DNA of 5,948 nucleotides from a virus (Duplodnaviria; Heunggongvirae; Uroviricota; Caudoviricetes): IMG/VR virus record IMGVR_UViG_2529292869_000005, positions 1 to 5,948 of that record; one strand, 5' to 3'. Shown piece by piece: positions 4,466 to 5,948 of this stretch (position 1 is its first letter; each line of letters starts with the position of its first letter). The notes under the pieces were generated by a model. It saw only the letters and a program-made list of their open reading frames with translations, ran no database searches and was not told where the DNA came from. The position numbers and the translations under genes were made by a program.

Positions 4466-5948
4466 TACCTGTATGGAGCACAGCCTGCCCGGACTGGGCA
4501 GAGCGCCTGAAAAAGGGGCTGTCGATTATTCCGGATCCGATTTATCCGGACGAGGCCGCACATGCCCTGGCGATTTTTAAACAACTGCGGATTGTGGATG
4601 CACCTGGAGCCCGACGTTCGGGGAGTCCTGCGCACAGTGGGTGTTTGACCTGGTGGCGGCCCTGTTTGGCTCCTACGATGCGCAGACCGGTGTACGCCAT
4701 ATCAAGGAAGTTTTTATCCTTATCCCCAAGAAAAACAGCAAGTCCACGCTGGCTGCCGGGATCATGATGACGGCGCTGTTACTGAACTGGCGGCAGGCGG
4801 CGGGCTACACCATTCTGGCCCCGACCGTGGAGGTGGCGGCTAACGCCTTCAACCCTGCCAGGGATATGGTACGACGGGACGATGATCTGGATGACCTCTG
4901 TCAGGTGCAGACACATATCCGGACCATCACCCACAGGGTGACGGACACCACCCTTAAGGTGGTGGCTGCCGATCCGAATACGGTATCCGGTATCAAGTCC
5001 GTGGGGACGCTGATTGATGAACTGTGGTTATTTGGCAAGCAGTACAAAGCGGAGGACATGTTACGTGAAGCCATAGGCGGCCTTGCCTCCCGCCCGGAAG
5101 GGTTTCGTGGTGTATACGACCACCCAGTCGAATGAAACCGCCCGCCGGGGTGTTCAGACAGAAACTGCAGTACGCCCGGGATGTGCGCGACGGCAAAATT
5201 CATGATCCGCACTTTCTGCCGGTGATATTTGAACACCCTCCTGAAATGGTGGAAAGCGGGGCTAACCTGCTGATGGAAAACCTCGCCATGGTCAATCCGA
5301 ATCTCGGCTATTCAGTGGATGAGGCCTTTCTGTACCGGGAGTACCGTAAAGCCCGGGAAGCCGGTGAAGAGACATTCCGGGGGTTCATGTCAAAACACGC
5401 CAATGTGGAAATTGGTCTTGCCCTGCGCTCTGACCGCTGGGCGGGGGCTGATTTCTGGGAAGAGCAGGGCCGTTGTATCAGCCTGGACGATATCCTGCGT
5501 CGTGCTGATGTGGTGACGGTGGGGATTGACGGCGGAGGGCTGGATGATCTGCTGGGGATGTATGTGATTGGGCGTGACCGGGAGACCCGCGAATGGCTGG
5601 GCTGGGGCCATGCCTGGGCGCATGAAACCGCGGTGGTCCGACGGAAGAGCGAGGCGTCCCGGTTTCAGGATCTTGTTGCCTGTGGAGATATGACCATTGT
5701 CCGGCGTGTCGGGGATGACACGGCGGAAGTGGCGGAATATGTGCGTCGCATTCATGAGGCTGAGTTACTGGACCATATCGGTATTGACCCGTCAGGGGTG
5801 GGGCAGATTCTGGATTCACTGGCGGAAGCCGGGATCCCCGACGGAATTGTGGTGGGGATAAGCCAGGGCTGGAAACTGGGCGGGGCCATTAAAACCACCG
5901 AGCGCAAACTGGCTGAAGGGGGGCTGGTGCATGGTGACCAGCCCCTGA
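4462..5948 (+). pseudogene. Terminase large subunit, HK97-like, disrupted by three frameshifts (near 4606-4610, 5103-5106 and 5134-5137); 3' end runs off the window
   Basis: Protein-like reading switches frame three times: frame 1 (MIPVWSTACPDWAERL...RIVDAPG), then frame 0 ([21 protein letters not shown]...[11 protein letters not shown] Walker A...[10 protein letters not shown] Walker B...ASRPEGF), then frame 1 ([10 protein letters not shown], the terminase TT motif), then frame 2 (PPAGVFRQKLQYARDV...NPNLGYSV...VTVGIDGGGLDD nuclease domain) open to base 5948. Off-frame continuations are Arg/Pro/Ser-rich junk. Confidence 0.7.

Noticed and set aside
4047-4635. Minus-strand ORFs (4096..4635, 4047..4304, 4112..4342) antisense to the terminase genes
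   Set aside because: Arg/Pro/Ser/Gly-rich low-complexity translations typical of the antisense frame of GC-rich coding DNA; they overlap well-supported + strand terminase genes.
4901-5819. Minus-strand ORFs (4901..5236, 4993..5196, 5390..5755, 5478..5819) and the + ORF 5319..5516
   Set aside because: Off-frame or antisense readings of the large-terminase region with junk-like composition; the protein-like frame is frame 2 of the + strand.
1-5948. CRISPR arrays, tRNA/rRNA genes, insertion sequences
   Set aside because: No spacer-repeat periodicity, no tRNA-like cloverleaf candidates and no transposase-like ORFs or terminal inverted repeats; the repeats present are explained as hairpins or binding-site arrays.

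Overview
This window reads as the late region of a lambdoid (HK97/phage-21-like) prophage from an enterobacterial host, all on the + strand except one small gene. In order: the 3' end of a large late-region ORF (1..507); a ~300 bp non-coding stretch made of two diverged tandem copies of a hairpin-containing repeat; an intrinsic terminator; a complete lysis cassette (pinholin S, SAR endolysin R, spanins Rz and embedded Rz1, 954..2122); an AT-rich moron segment carrying a PerC/Pch-family regulator gene (2588..2902) convergent with a minus-strand YlcI/YnfO-family (DUF3950) gene (2984..3208) across a bidirectional terminator; then an HK97-type packaging module of HNH endonuclease (3250..3615), a putative cos/terminase-recognition region with a 22-bp perfect palindrome and repeated TGTTAAC half-sites (3616..3901), terminase small subunit (3902..4465) and terminase large subunit (4462..window end). 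The large terminase gene is broken by three frameshifts, which is the most notable point. I did not find a clearly novel multi-gene system (defence or otherwise); the unexplained signals are the tandem hairpin repeat, the TGTTAAC array and the PerC-like moron leader. All calls come from reading the sequence and the supplied ORF track, with protein families recognised from memory; no searches were run.
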